Assembly (NCBI GenBank): GCA_002343185.1
Contig: DDRT01000001.1
Location: 400,215 to 464,214 of the forward strand
DNA length: 64,000 nucleotides
From: Deltaproteobacteria bacterium UBA2409
GTDB lineage: Bacteria; Bdellovibrionota_C; UBA2361; DDRT01
Direction of reading: 5' to 3'
In this document: one piece after another, positions 8,736 to 18,451 of the stretch
How positions within the stretch are numbered: position 1 is the first letter of the stretch
Layout of the letters: every line of letters starts with the position of its first letter
Program-made: the position numbers and the translations under genes
Notes under the pieces: generated by a model
The model's input: the letters and a program-made list of their open reading frames with translations, nothing else
What the model was told of the DNA's origin: nothing
The model's database searches: none

Positions 8736-9830
8736 GTGCGAATAGTTCATCTGGCAGATATTCATATAGGTTATAGAAAATACGCCAAAACTAATGCCCA
8801 AGGGATAAATGAACGAGAGGCAGATGTATCGGCCTCATTTAGAGAGGCTTGTGAAAGGATAGTTTTTTTAAACCCTGATCTTATTGTAATAGCAGGTGAT
8901 CTATTTCATACAGTAAGGCCATCGAATGCAAACCTTAGCTTTGTTTTTAGAGAATTAAAAAAGCTAACATCAAGAATAAAAGCACCAGTCGTAATTATAG
9001 CAGGAAATCATGAAACTCCTAAAAGAAACGATACTGGCTCCCCCTTATTACTTCTTAGAGAGATAGATAATGTATTTGTTGCAGAATCGAATTTAGAGTG
9101 GTTTACATTCTCTGACTTTGCTGTATGTGCACTTCCCCATGCAGCAGTAGGAACGGTTCAGGCGCACGAACTTAGAGCTAAAGACTCTTACAAGCGAAAT
9201 ATTCTGGTCTCCCATCTTCAGACAGGAGAAAGCTGGCTAAGTGATTTAGGGGGAGAAGAAAGACTTTTAAGTTCCTTAAATATTGGAGAGTGGGACTATG
9301 TTGCCTTAGGACATGTTCATTCGATGAAACAGGTTGCCTATAATGTTTTCTATTCAGGATCGCTCGAGCATACATCACTAAATATCTGGGCCGAGAATGA
9401 TTTAGCAAAAGGTTTTATTGAGTATGATCTTGATGAAAAAACCTGGAGGTTCCATGAGCTGAGCTCCCCAAGAGAAATTTTGGTCTTACCAACTATTGAT
9501 GTAACCGGGAAAAGTGTTGCAGAAACCCAAAGTGAAATCGTTGAGGCTTTATCTGTTAAAACTCTAAAAGGTAAGCTTGTAAAACTTGTGGTAAAAGGAA
9601 TAGAGCGAGAAGTTCTTCGTTCCTTAAACCATAAAGAGCTTAGACAATTTAGAGCAGAAGCCCTGCATTTACTTTTAGAATTTATTCCAGTTGGCAAAGT
9701 TGAAAGAGCAGCAGCAACTCCAGTTGGCAAACTTGAAGATGAGCTTTATAAGTTTTGTAAAAGCGAGCCACTAAAACTCCTATTTGAAAGATACTTTAAA
9801 GAGCTATCAAAAGAAGACGAGCTAAGATGA
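8736..9830 (+). CDS. sbcD: Exonuclease SbcD / Mre11-family nuclease subunit.
   Basis: Calcineurin-like phosphoesterase motifs: (V/M)RIVHLADIHIG, IAGDLFH, GNHE, GHVH. The track start (TTG 8682) is probably too far upstream. A GTG at about 8736 gives the canonical MRIVHLADIH N-terminus. Confidence 0.8.
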   Translation: MRIVHLADIHIGYRKYAKTNAQGINEREADVSASFREACERIVFLNPDLIVIAGDLFHTVRPSNANLSFVFRELKKLTSRIKAPVVIIAGNHETPKRNDTGSPLLLLREIDNVFVAESNLEWFTFSDFAVCALPHAAVGTVQAHELRAKDSYKRNILVSHLQTGESWLSDLGGEERLLSSLNIGEWDYVALGHVHSMKQVAYNVFYSGSLEHTSLNIWAENDLAKGFIEYDLDEKTWRFHELSSPREILVLPTIDVTGKSVAETQSEIVEALSVKTLKGKLVKLVVKGIEREVLRSLNHKELRQFRAEALHLLLEFIPVGKVERAAATPVGKLEDELYKFCKSEPLKLLFERYFKELSKEDELR

Positions 9831-11836
9831 AGCTTATTAAACTTGAACTTAAAAATTTCAGACAGCACAAAAATACAATACTAACTCTAAAAGATGGAGT
9901 TACAGGAATTCTTGGCCAAAATGGCTCAGGAAAGTCCTCATTAGTTGAGGCTATTTCGTTTTCACTCTACGGATCTAAATCAATCAGAGGAACGCTTGAT
10001 GAGCTTAAATCAAGAGACGAGCCAGAAGGTGTACTTAATGCAGCCCTTACTTTTGAGATCGATTCTACAGTTTATAGAGTTGAGAGAAGTCTTTCAGATG
10101 CCAAGTTTTTTGTTGGAGGAAAATTAGAAGTTAAAGGCTCAAGAGATGTAACTTCTAAAGTAGAGCATATCATAGGAATGAACTATGATGAGTTTGTTTC
10201 AACCTTTTATACAGAACAAAAAGGTTTAGAGTTCTTAAGTAGAAAAAAAGGTGGAGCAGAAAGAGAAAGATTTATAATGCGCCTTCTTGGCTATGATAAG
10301 GTAGAAAAAATTCAGGAAAAACTAAGAGACCAAAAACGTAATCTCAAATCAATGATCTCTTCACTAGAATTTGTTGACTCCTCTGAAGAAGACTTAAAGA
10401 GTGAGCTCAAAAATGAAGAGGAGATCTTAGAAGTACTTAAAAAACAGGAGAAAGGGCTTTCTATTAAGCTAAATGATGTCACTAAAGAGCAAGAGGAAGA
10501 GAAAAAAGCTCTTGAGAGAATTAGTAGTGGTAGAGAGGAGTTTTTAAAGCTTGATAAAGAGCGAAAAAGGCTTGAAGGTGTTTTAGATGAGCAAAAAAGG
10601 GCTCTTAGTAACTCAAAAATTGAAAACTTAAGAGCCTCAGAAGAGATAACTCAAGAACTTAATCAAGTCTCGAAGTTACTGGGAATAGGCGAAAAGGAAC
10701 TTTTAGATCTTGTTAAGAGAGTTTCAACAAATAAAGCTCAGCTTGAGTTAAAAAAGAATGAGAGGGACTCTAAAAGAAAAGCTCTGTTCGAAAGAAAAAA
10801 ATCAATTCTTTCAATTTCTAAGATAGAAGAGAGGTGTCCAACCTGTGGACAGAGCTTTGAAAATCTAGCAGATGCAATTTTGCACCTTGAGCAGGAAGAG
10901 AAAGTTATCGAGCAGATTATAATTGATGATTCTATAGTTAAAGAAGCCGAAAGCCTTCACAAACAAAAAAAGAAAGAGCTAGATACACTTAGATTGAAGG
11001 AAGCAACTCTTAAAACAGAGCTTCAATCGGCTCAAGAGTCAGAGAGGCTAAAAGAGATTAAAGAGAAAGCCGAACTTAGGATTAAAGAAACTAAGGGTTT
11101 TATAATTGAAATTGAAGGGAACCTTAAAAAATTAACATACTCTGAAGAAAAGTATCTCTCACAAAGAACAAGGTTAGAAGTTGTAACCTCGATCCTAACC
11201 AATTTAAGAATGGAACGATTAAAAGTTGAAGGAGACATTAAGGAGAGTCTTGGAAAAATCAATAAAATTGAAGAGATCTTAAAAAGACTTGTAGAGCAGG
11301 TTCAGATAAGAAAGTCTGGCCGAGAGGAGATGGCGCTTCTTGAGTCTGGAGATACAGTACTTTCTGAGTTTAGAAGCTACTTAACTTCAAGTATTAAACC
11401 TAGACTTTGTGAGCTTACATCTGAGTTTCTTTATGAATTAACCGATGCTCGTTATAGAGAGGCAATATTCTCAGAGGACTTTACCCCACAGATAGTCGAT
11501 GATGGAGAGGTTCTAACTGTAATGAGTGGTGGGGAGGAAGATATTCTTCATCTAAGTGTAAGGCTCGCACTATCGCAGCTTCTTGCAGAAAGAGCCGGAA
11601 GAGAGTTTTCATTATTGATTTTAGATGAGGTATTTGGCTCGCTTGATGAATTAAGAAGAAGTAATTTATTAGTTCTTCTTTCGGGACTTACAAACAGGTT
11701 TGAGCAGATATTAGTTATTTCTCACTTTGAAGATGTAAAAGATGCAGTAGATCACGTTGTTTTAATTCAAGTCGATGAAAAAACTGGTTCTAGTTTGGTT
11801 AGCTCAGCAGAGCTTGGAGTGGTGGTAAATATTTAA
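9827..11836 (+). CDS. sbcC: SbcC/Rad50-family ATPase, short 669-aa form.
   Basis: N-terminal Walker A GQNGSGKSS, central coiled coil with a CPTCGQ zinc hook, and a C-terminal signature/Walker B (LSGGEEDILHLSVRLAL…LLILDEVFGSLD). The start overlaps the sbcD stop by 4 nt. Confidence 0.75.
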   Translation: MKLIKLELKNFRQHKNTILTLKDGVTGILGQNGSGKSSLVEAISFSLYGSKSIRGTLDELKSRDEPEGVLNAALTFEIDSTVYRVERSLSDAKFFVGGKLEVKGSRDVTSKVEHIIGMNYDEFVSTFYTEQKGLEFLSRKKGGAERERFIMRLLGYDKVEKIQEKLRDQKRNLKSMISSLEFVDSSEEDLKSELKNEEEILEVLKKQEKGLSIKLNDVTKEQEEEKKALERISSGREEFLKLDKERKRLEGVLDEQKRALSNSKIENLRASEEITQELNQVSKLLGIGEKELLDLVKRVSTNKAQLELKKNERDSKRKALFERKKSILSISKIEERCPTCGQSFENLADAILHLEQEEKVIEQIIIDDSIVKEAESLHKQKKKELDTLRLKEATLKTELQSAQESERLKEIKEKAELRIKETKGFIIEIEGNLKKLTYSEEKYLSQRTRLEVVTSILTNLRMERLKVEGDIKESLGKINKIEEILKRLVEQVQIRKSGREEMALLESGDTVLSEFRSYLTSSIKPRLCELTSEFLYELTDARYREAIFSEDFTPQIVDDGEVLTVMSGGEEDILHLSVRLALSQLLAERAGREFSLLILDEVFGSLDELRRSNLLVLLSGLTNRFEQILVISHFEDVKDAVDHVVLIQVDEKTGSSLVSSAELGVVVNI

Positions 11837-11850
11837 GGCTGCTAGCATTT

Positions 11851-11882
11851 GTCTGGTCAGGCCTTCCGGCCTGACCCCCAAG
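11851..11882. repeat. Family-1 GC-rich palindromic unit (REP-like): GTCTGGTCAGGCC-TTCC-GGCCTGACCCCCAAG.
   Basis: Perfect hairpin GGTCAGGCC/GGCCTGACC. Same family as 25918, 30104, 35711, 41830 and 49657. It sits after the sbcC stop between convergent genes. Confidence 0.7.
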
Positions 11883-11914
11883 CTATTGAATTTCTCCCCA
11901 CCTCTTCTCTTGGT

Positions 11915-13111
11915 TTATGCAGCTAAGCCAGGATCGCTTCTTAGTGATCTAAGCACCGTAAGGGAATACATAAGATTTGCTGGAGACCATTCTTCTGGGA
12001 GGATAAAATGCTGATCTAGTAGTTCTTCAAATGACCGAACTGAATCTTCAAGGGCAAAAATAAGTTTATCCAAAGTATCTCCTACTGGAGCTTCAAAAAT
12101 TCTATTAAGCCTAGATACAATCGTCTCTGATTCGGTCTCACCTTCAAGTGGTACCATAAGAAGCATTCTATCTACTTTTAGTTGTTCGATAATATTCTGA
12201 GGTAGGAAATAATTAACAGCTTTGTATTTTAATATTATATCTATCGAGGCTAATAGATCGATATATAGGTTTCGGTATTCCTCAAGCAAATTTCCCTCAA
12301 ATGGTTTCTTATCTCCAAGGATATTTAGGAGGTCATGAATGCATTCTGTTATATTCCCTATCGTATGACCAAACTGTAGCACTCGTATTATTTCACCTGA
12401 ATGAGGCTTTGCCTCTATCATTACTCTAGATACAGTATCTAATAGCTCAAAATCGTTTAATATCTGAGGAGTGCGATCAATTCCACCCATGTCTGAAGCT
12501 CTCATATAAGAGTAAGAAATTACACCAAGTGAGCGGAGGAGCTTCTCTCTATATCTAAGATCATTAAATGTCGGTGGTTTTACTTTAGGAAGATTAAAAT
12601 CTTCTAATATCTGAAATGCTCCAGCGACTTTAAGATCAGAGTGAAGATCTTTAAGAATTCTAAGGGCGCAAATTCCCTTTACACTGTTAGGTAGACCGTC
12701 TAAATCTAATACAAGCTGATTGATTAGATATCTTCCTATTAGGCTCTCCCTATATGTTTGATTGGTTGTTACAAACTCATGAGGAAAAAGTTTGTCAGCG
12801 AGTTTGGCTATGTCTTGAAGATTCTCTTCAGTTGATTCTAAGTGTTCATGATCAATATCGGTGCTCATTTTTACCCGAAAACGAGTAAGCATTTTTGAAG
12901 TGTCACTAAAAATCGAAAGTACTATATTTTCGAAAACCTTAGCCTTTAAGGCAGTGCTTGCATCTTCTGAGACTGAGTCGCAGTAATTTCTAAAAGCACT
13001 GTAGGAGGCATTTACCCTTTCAACCTGCCTAGTTGCTAAATGTTTATTCTTACCAAAGGTGGAGTTATAAAGATCACCAACAATTTCTAAATTTGAAGAA
13101 ATTGAAATCAC
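11915..13111 (-). CDS. Hypothetical cytoplasmic protein (398 aa).
   Basis: Long clean ORF with no TM segments or recognisable catalytic motifs. It is upstream of queC on the same strand. Confidence 0.45.
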   Translation of the reverse strand: MISISSNLEIVGDLYNSTFGKNKHLATRQVERVNASYSAFRNYCDSVSEDASTALKAKVFENIVLSIFSDTSKMLTRFRVKMSTDIDHEHLESTEENLQDIAKLADKLFPHEFVTTNQTYRESLIGRYLINQLVLDLDGLPNSVKGICALRILKDLHSDLKVAGAFQILEDFNLPKVKPPTFNDLRYREKLLRSLGVISYSYMRASDMGGIDRTPQILNDFELLDTVSRVMIEAKPHSGEIIRVLQFGHTIGNITECIHDLLNILGDKKPFEGNLLEEYRNLYIDLLASIDIILKYKAVNYFLPQNIIEQLKVDRMLLMVPLEGETESETIVSRLNRIFEAPVGDTLDKLIFALEDSVRSFEELLDQHFILPEEWSPANLMYSLTVLRSLRSDPGLAA

Positions 13112-13183
13112 AAGGGAGTATTATATCAAGCATGATTTTCTTACTCTATTTAAGGGGTATCATGCCGAATTTACTTGATTTAT

Positions 13184-13825
13184 TTAGGCTAAGTATATTG
13201 TTGGGTCTATGATTTCTAAAAAAGCCTCTTTTCTTTCAACACAAGTTCCACATTTCCCGCAGTGAGCTTCTCCACCCTTATAGCAGCTCCAGGTAAGATC
13301 TAAGGGAGCCCCAAGCGCTAAGCCTTTCTTACAGATCTCCTTTTTTGAAAGATTTACATAAGGTGCATAGAGAGTAACTTTAAACCAATCAGAAAGTGGA
13401 AAAACATTTTTCATAGCTTCAACAAACTCTGGTCTACAGTCAGGATAGATAGTGTGGTCACCAGCATGTGCTGCATAAGCAACCCTGTCAAACTTTTCTG
13501 AGATTGCAAGACTTAACGCAATGCTTAAGAAGATCATGTTTCTGTTAGGTACTACAGTTTGTTTCATCGATAAATCTGTATAGTGGCCATCAGGTACTTC
13601 TAAAGAATCAGAAGTTAGAGCACTTTCTCCAAAAATTCCTGAGATCTCTTTTATGATATGTTTTACTCTTGCATGAGTTGCAATTTCTTTTGCAGCAGAG
13701 ATCTCTTTTTGGTGCTTTTGTCCGTAAAAAATTGAAAGCGCTAGCACTTCATCTCCTGTTGATAGAAGATCATAAAGCAGGGTTGTTGAGTCTAGGCCAC
13801 CAGATAGAAGAAGCACCGATTTCAT
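13184..13825 (-). CDS. queC: 7-cyano-7-deazaguanine synthase QueC.
   Basis: PP-loop SGGLDSTT at the N-terminus and a C-terminal Zn motif CYKGGEAHCGKCGTCVERK. The likely start is the ATG giving MKSVLLLSGG. The track ORF start at 13867 is an upstream GTG. Confidence 0.85.
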   Translation of the reverse strand: MKSVLLLSGGLDSTTLLYDLLSTGDEVLALSIFYGQKHQKEISAAKEIATHARVKHIIKEISGIFGESALTSDSLEVPDGHYTDLSMKQTVVPNRNMIFLSIALSLAISEKFDRVAYAAHAGDHTIYPDCRPEFVEAMKNVFPLSDWFKVTLYAPYVNLSKKEICKKGLALGAPLDLTWSCYKGGEAHCGKCGTCVERKEAFLEIIDPTIYLA

Positions 13826-13989
13826 TCGGCATACGGTCTCAAAGACGGCGATGAAATTAAAGAGCACGCTCTAACATGCTGAAGATATTGCAATTTATTG
13901 GGCTGATTTCTTTAAGGTACTTTAAATTGAACGACGGTTCATTTTTAGATGATTAAGGAAACTTTTTTAAGTAATCTCCGATTAGAACT

Positions 13990-15894
13990 ATGCGTATGCA
14001 GCAGCGAGGGGCTGGCACACTTTTACTAATGGCGATCTTGGTTCCTGTTTTATTTTATGGAACCACGGTTGTGCTGTCGCTGTATAATATAAATGTTAGA
14101 AGGGGAGACTTACAAAGTACCCTAGAGCGAGCTCTGATGAAGGGAGCAAGATATCTTCCAGATTCAAGCGAGGCCGTTAGAGTTGCAAAAGAAGATCTTA
14201 GAAATAAATTTGGAGATTCATTACAAGTCATCGAAAAGAATAGATCTCCTTACACTATAGCCTTAGCAGTCCAGCAAACAACAAATAGAAAATTTGCAGT
14301 ACCTCTTTTTAAGACCGAAAGAGAGGTTAATTATAAAGAAGCAGCGCAAGCAAGAGTTACTGCTCAACCTAAAGATGTTTACATCTTCTTTGAGAACAGT
14401 AGCTATCTTGCTCCTCCGATTGAAAATGTTGGAACATCTAGTGCTTTCTATTGGGGGCAATCTGTAAAAAGAAATACGGAGAATGGGAAGTGGACTAGAA
14501 GGAATGATTTTGGTTACTTCGATACATTTATTGGCGTCACCTCTGCAAAACTTTTAGAGTATAACTCTAGAGGCAGATACGGATTCTCAACTGGTCAAAA
14601 CGGGCTACGCCAATTAATGTCAGTAATAACCCCTCACTGGCAATCAGCAGATCTATTTAAAGACCAGTCATTAAGAGCTGGCAGATTAAGAACAGTCTTA
14701 CGAACTAATAATGCGATCTCCCAAGCAGTTTTTACCCAATCTTGCTTTAACCCTATTCTTTCTTCGTTAAAAAAAGCATCGATTCACCTTTTAGATCATT
14801 TCTCAAGCTTTGAATTAAACCAGGTAGCAGTTGAAAGTGGACCAATATCTGGAGCTTCTCCTGGGCAGGATAGACTTGGAATACACGCCGATTCTGGTAA
14901 GCCCTTTACAATTCAAGAGATGACACAAGGTGGAGATCCTCAGCGAGTTGGGATAGCGAACCTAGAAAATAATAGAGGTGAGAAAATCGCTCATAACCGA
15001 AATGTTGAAGATAATCATAGGCTAAGAGTCAGAGATCAAGAATGTTGGGCTGCTCACGAGGTTGCTACAAGAAGGTGGACTCAGAATCAGACTCAGTCAT
15101 TTTTAGGTTCTGGAGAGATTGGGTCTACTATTTACGCAATTCCAAAACTCCCTAACTATTTCCGAAATACAGGTCTTGGAGGAGTTGGAACTAATATTTC
15201 AACGCCAATTCTTAGAGAAAGAAGATATGGAAGTAGACCAGTTAAATTTCATTATGAACTTGAAAGAGGGTCTATAAATAATCTTAAAACGAGGGAAGCT
15301 ATTTGGTCACGCAGTGTTGCTGAAGATTACAATAATGATACTAGAACCTCTCATGATACGATTAATTTTGAGCGTATTGTTAATAGGATTATTAATAAGC
15401 TTGTAGAAGCAAACCCTTCTGGTAATTTAGTAAGTCGAAGAAAGCTTGCAGGAAAGGCATTAGAAAAAAAAGCATTTATTCTTCTAGGCGACACTCCTCA
15501 CCTTAACATTGGCAACGGAAGACTTGATAATCTAAGGAGTGCCGGAACCAATAAAGACAGGTATTTCGAGGCTCTAAGAGAACAGCTAGTTAGATTAAGA
15601 GATTCAATGAGGGGAAGAAGCGGACGACTTAGTGTTTTAATTGTTATTCCAAGACATGAGGGAAGTTATTCTCAGGAGGTCTGTACTAACAACTGGACGT
15701 TCCCAGGAGAGCTTGTTTGTCAGGCATTTAGATCGGATATGGCTTTACTTCGAGATGAGATCTCTTCATGGACAAGAAACTGGAACAAGGTAGAAGTCAC
15801 AACAATTCCAGCAACTGATGTTGGAACGCTTGCTCTTGATTTGCTTTCATCATTAATCTCAAGTGGACAAAACTATGTATTATCGGATGTATAG
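13990..15894 (+). CDS. TadG-like (Flp-pilus-assembly / pseudopilin-like) large protein, 634 aa.
   Basis: The N-terminus has a short polar leader, then G-x-hydrophobic helix (RGAGTLLLMAILVPVLFYGTTVVLSLYN), typical of TadE/TadG-family proteins. It is followed by two TadE-like genes. Confidence 0.4.
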   Translation: MRMQQRGAGTLLLMAILVPVLFYGTTVVLSLYNINVRRGDLQSTLERALMKGARYLPDSSEAVRVAKEDLRNKFGDSLQVIEKNRSPYTIALAVQQTTNRKFAVPLFKTEREVNYKEAAQARVTAQPKDVYIFFENSSYLAPPIENVGTSSAFYWGQSVKRNTENGKWTRRNDFGYFDTFIGVTSAKLLEYNSRGRYGFSTGQNGLRQLMSVITPHWQSADLFKDQSLRAGRLRTVLRTNNAISQAVFTQSCFNPILSSLKKASIHLLDHFSSFELNQVAVESGPISGASPGQDRLGIHADSGKPFTIQEMTQGGDPQRVGIANLENNRGEKIAHNRNVEDNHRLRVRDQECWAAHEVATRRWTQNQTQSFLGSGEIGSTIYAIPKLPNYFRNTGLGGVGTNISTPILRERRYGSRPVKFHYELERGSINNLKTREAIWSRSVAEDYNNDTRTSHDTINFERIVNRIINKLVEANPSGNLVSRRKLAGKALEKKAFILLGDTPHLNIGNGRLDNLRSAGTNKDRYFEALREQLVRLRDSMRGRSGRLSVLIVIPRHEGSYSQEVCTNNWTFPGELVCQAFRSDMALLRDEISSWTRNWNKVEVTTIPATDVGTLALDLLSSLISSGQNYVLSDV

Positions 15895-16744
15895 TAGAGG
15901 AGCAACAATCCTTGAGATCTGTATGGGAATGATGATCATTCTCCCTGCATTTGCAGTAATAGTTGCAATTTCAGCGTATCTCTCATCTGTGAAAAGTGCC
16001 CGGAATATCTCCTTGGAACTAACAAGAAGCGTTGATATGTCAATGCTTGTTACTACAATGGGAAATCAGGATGCCTTTGTTAATCCATCAAAACTTGTCT
16101 GGGAAGATGAACTTCCTATTTTAGCTGAAAAAGTTTTTAGGCAGATGGATAATTTCTCAATCCCTGAAGGAGCAAAAAAAGCAGTTGTATTTGTTGCGTT
16201 TGATATTGCTGTTCATAACCAAACAGGTGTAGCAAAATCGGCAGACCTTCAAATTCCCTGGGATACCCTTAAGACGATGGATGGTAAAAGACCAACCATT
16301 GTTCCTCATGGAGATAGAGAGCTTTTTCGAGGGTCAGAGCTTGATAGAACTCTTCTGCCGATTAAAAGTCTAGTTGATACAATGAGAACACAGTATCTAA
16401 CTACAAAACTTGGGCATGTTTTTAGATTTGCAATTCCAGCAGGCGTTAGAGGTGTTGAGCAAGTTGCATATTATGGCTCTTCTCACATTTATCGTCCTGA
16501 TCATGGAACAGGTGAAGGTTGGTCTAACTTAGATGTCCACTCAAACTATCTTAGAAAAGCTCCTATAGTAGCAGTGACTGTACAGATCGATTTAACGGAA
16601 ACAAGAACCGGGAAACTTTTATCGACCGTTGGTAACCTAGGGTGTTCAATAATTGGAGTTGATGCTAATGATTGCAGAGTTCGCTTACCATTAAATCTGC
16701 GAGTTGGATCTTCAAAGTTTATTGAACCTAGAAATGTTCTTTAG
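15875..16744 (+). CDS. TadE-like protein (about 290 aa).
   Basis: N-terminus SRGATILEICMGMMIILPAFAVIVAISAYL resembles the TadE N-terminal domain. The track start at 15863 overlaps the upstream gene, so an internal Met start is likely. Confidence 0.4.
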   Translation: MYYRMYSRGATILEICMGMMIILPAFAVIVAISAYLSSVKSARNISLELTRSVDMSMLVTTMGNQDAFVNPSKLVWEDELPILAEKVFRQMDNFSIPEGAKKAVVFVAFDIAVHNQTGVAKSADLQIPWDTLKTMDGKRPTIVPHGDRELFRGSELDRTLLPIKSLVDTMRTQYLTTKLGHVFRFAIPAGVRGVEQVAYYGSSHIYRPDHGTGEGWSNLDVHSNYLRKAPIVAVTVQIDLTETRTGKLLSTVGNLGCSIIGVDANDCRVRLPLNLRVGSSKFIEPRNVL

Positions 16745-17232
16745 TTGAAATCATCGTCATCTACGCCGTTGCCGTCGTAGTCTTTTTGTTTAAAATATGA
16801 TTTTGCTTTTAATGCTGAGTGGGCATCTTCAATAGTTACCTGAGCAGATCTTGTAACTGTGTAGCTTTCAGCAAAAATAACCCCATTAATAACTCCAGTT
16901 CCAATGAGCCGAGCAAGCTCTCTTCCTTGAATGGTTTCTCTAGTAATTGTCACATCAAAACAGGGGATCTTCCCATCAGAGCAGCTAAATGCAGCAGATG
17001 GAAGAAGTTTATTTAAAGACCGATATGCAGCCTGTCTTGCTTCAAGAATTCTCGAATCCTCAGAGTGAGATGAGCTAGAGGCTGGTCTTCTGTAATAATC
17101 ACTTGCTATCTCAATAGCGGTTTGGATTGCACTTGATGCTTTATAGAATCTAAATATCTCCACCATCCCAACAGATAGAACAATTAATGGGACAGCTACT
17201 AGAGCGGTTTCAAGTACGGCAAAGCCACGCAT
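16741..17232 (-). CDS. TadE-like pseudopilin (163 aa).
   Basis: N-terminus MRGFAVLETALVAVPLIVLSVGMVEIF matches the TadE-family G-A-x-x-E-x-A-L-x-x-P pattern. It is convergent with the previous gene (4-nt overlap of stops). Confidence 0.5.
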   Translation of the reverse strand: MRGFAVLETALVAVPLIVLSVGMVEIFRFYKASSAIQTAIEIASDYYRRPASSSSHSEDSRILEARQAAYRSLNKLLPSAAFSCSDGKIPCFDVTITRETIQGRELARLIGTGVINGVIFAESYTVTRSAQVTIEDAHSALKAKSYFKQKDYDGNGVDDDDFN

Positions 17233-17314
17233 TACCCCATAATTCTAACACCTTTTTGGTGCTAACCAAGCAAAATCGGAAAGCCTTTTATTTTACCCTT
17301 CTAGGTCGTAAGCT

Positions 17315-17662
17315 ATGGCGGATATGACTATTTTCTCTAAGATTATAGCTAAAGAGATACCTGCTGATATTCTTTACGAGGACGAAGAGGTGCTTGCCTT
17401 TAAAGATATTAACCCTAAAGCACCTATCCATGTACTTATAATTCCAAAAAAACCTCTTAAAGATATAGGTGAGGCAACAGCTGAAGATGCGGCAGTTTTA
17501 GGTAGATGTATGTTAGTAGCTGGTAAGCTTGCTAAGAACTTAGGGGTTGCTGAGAGTGGATATAGACTAGTAACAAATAAGGGAGAAGCTGCTGGCCAGA
17601 CAGTTTTTCATCTACACTTTCACCTACTTGGGGGAAGGGATTTTTCATGGCCACCTGGTTGA
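17315..17662 (+). CDS. HIT-family (histidine triad) nucleotide hydrolase.
   Basis: Histidine triad HLHFHLLGG near the C-terminus. Length is 115 aa. Confidence 0.8.
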   Translation: MADMTIFSKIIAKEIPADILYEDEEVLAFKDINPKAPIHVLIIPKKPLKDIGEATAEDAAVLGRCMLVAGKLAKNLGVAESGYRLVTNKGEAAGQTVFHLHFHLLGGRDFSWPPG

Positions 17663-17677
17663 AGGTAGTATTGAAAT

Positions 17678-18448
17678 ATGGAAGATACAGTTAGATATAA
17701 AAGAGATGATATCTCAGTAATTACAATCTATAGAGCAGAGCAGCTTAATGCTTTAAATGCAGATGTTCTAAAAGGGTTACTTGAAGCATTCGATAAAGTT
17801 GAAGATGGGTCAAAAGTAATAATTCTAAAAGGAGACGGTGAAAAGGCATTTGTAGCAGGAGCTGATATAACCTCAATGTCATCTTTAGGTGAAGGTGCAA
17901 TTAGGGACTACATAGAGCTCGGTCAGAAAGTAATGAGAAGGATTGAGACAGCTTCAGTTCCAGTGATTGCTCAAGTCCAAGGTTTTGCCTTAGGTGGAGG
18001 ATTAGAGTTAGCACTTGCTTGTGATCTAATTGTTGCTTCTGAAAAAGCTAAAGTAGGGCAACCTGAAGTAAATTTAGGAATAATTCCAGGATTTGGTGGA
18101 ACTGCAAGATTAATTCAAAGAGCAGGTGTAGGGGTAGCAAGAAGACTAATCTATACTGGAGATCTTATTACTGCTTCTGAAGCCCATAATTATGGAGTCG
18201 TAGATATTGTTACCCCTCATGAGGAGCTTGAAAGTACTGTCGCAGCGTTAGCAAAACGCATCTCAGAAAAAGGGCCATTAGCAGTTAAAAAAGCAAAAGC
18301 TGTTATCAGATCGATCTTTGAGCCGACACTTCATAATGGATTAAGATCTGAGGTTGAAGGATTTGTAGATCTTTTTGATTCAAAAGACAGAGAAGAAGGG
18401 ATGAGAGCTTTCTTACAAAAACGAGCACCTGTTTTTGAGGGTAAATAA
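17678..18448 (+). CDS. Enoyl-CoA hydratase/isomerase (crotonase family).
   Basis: Crotonase-fold motifs: AFVAGADI and the oxyanion region ALGGGLELALACDL. Length is 256 aa. Confidence 0.85.
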   Translation: MEDTVRYKRDDISVITIYRAEQLNALNADVLKGLLEAFDKVEDGSKVIILKGDGEKAFVAGADITSMSSLGEGAIRDYIELGQKVMRRIETASVPVIAQVQGFALGGGLELALACDLIVASEKAKVGQPEVNLGIIPGFGGTARLIQRAGVGVARRLIYTGDLITASEAHNYGVVDIVTPHEELESTVAALAKRISEKGPLAVKKAKAVIRSIFEPTLHNGLRSEVEGFVDLFDSKDREEGMRAFLQKRAPVFEGK

Positions 18449-18451
18449 TTC

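Noticed and set aside
9178-11262. Minus-strand ORFs inside sbcD/sbcC (9178-9408, 9350-9730, 11032-11262) and a plus-strand alternative-frame ORF at 9945-10127.
   Set aside because: They lie inside confidently assigned sbcCD coding sequence.
13184-13825. Considered whether queC plus the adjacent 398-aa orphan and SbcCD could form a 7-deazaguanine DNA-modification (Dpd-like) or QueC-like defence module.
   Set aside because: This QueC has the full housekeeping architecture (PP-loop plus Zn-binding C-terminus) and is a normal size. No TGT-like (DpdA) or other dpd genes and no preQ0 pathway genes (queD, queE, folE) are adjacent. Housekeeping queC is the simplest reading.
13669-13854. 61-aa ORF opposite queC.
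   Set aside because: It is antisense to queC.
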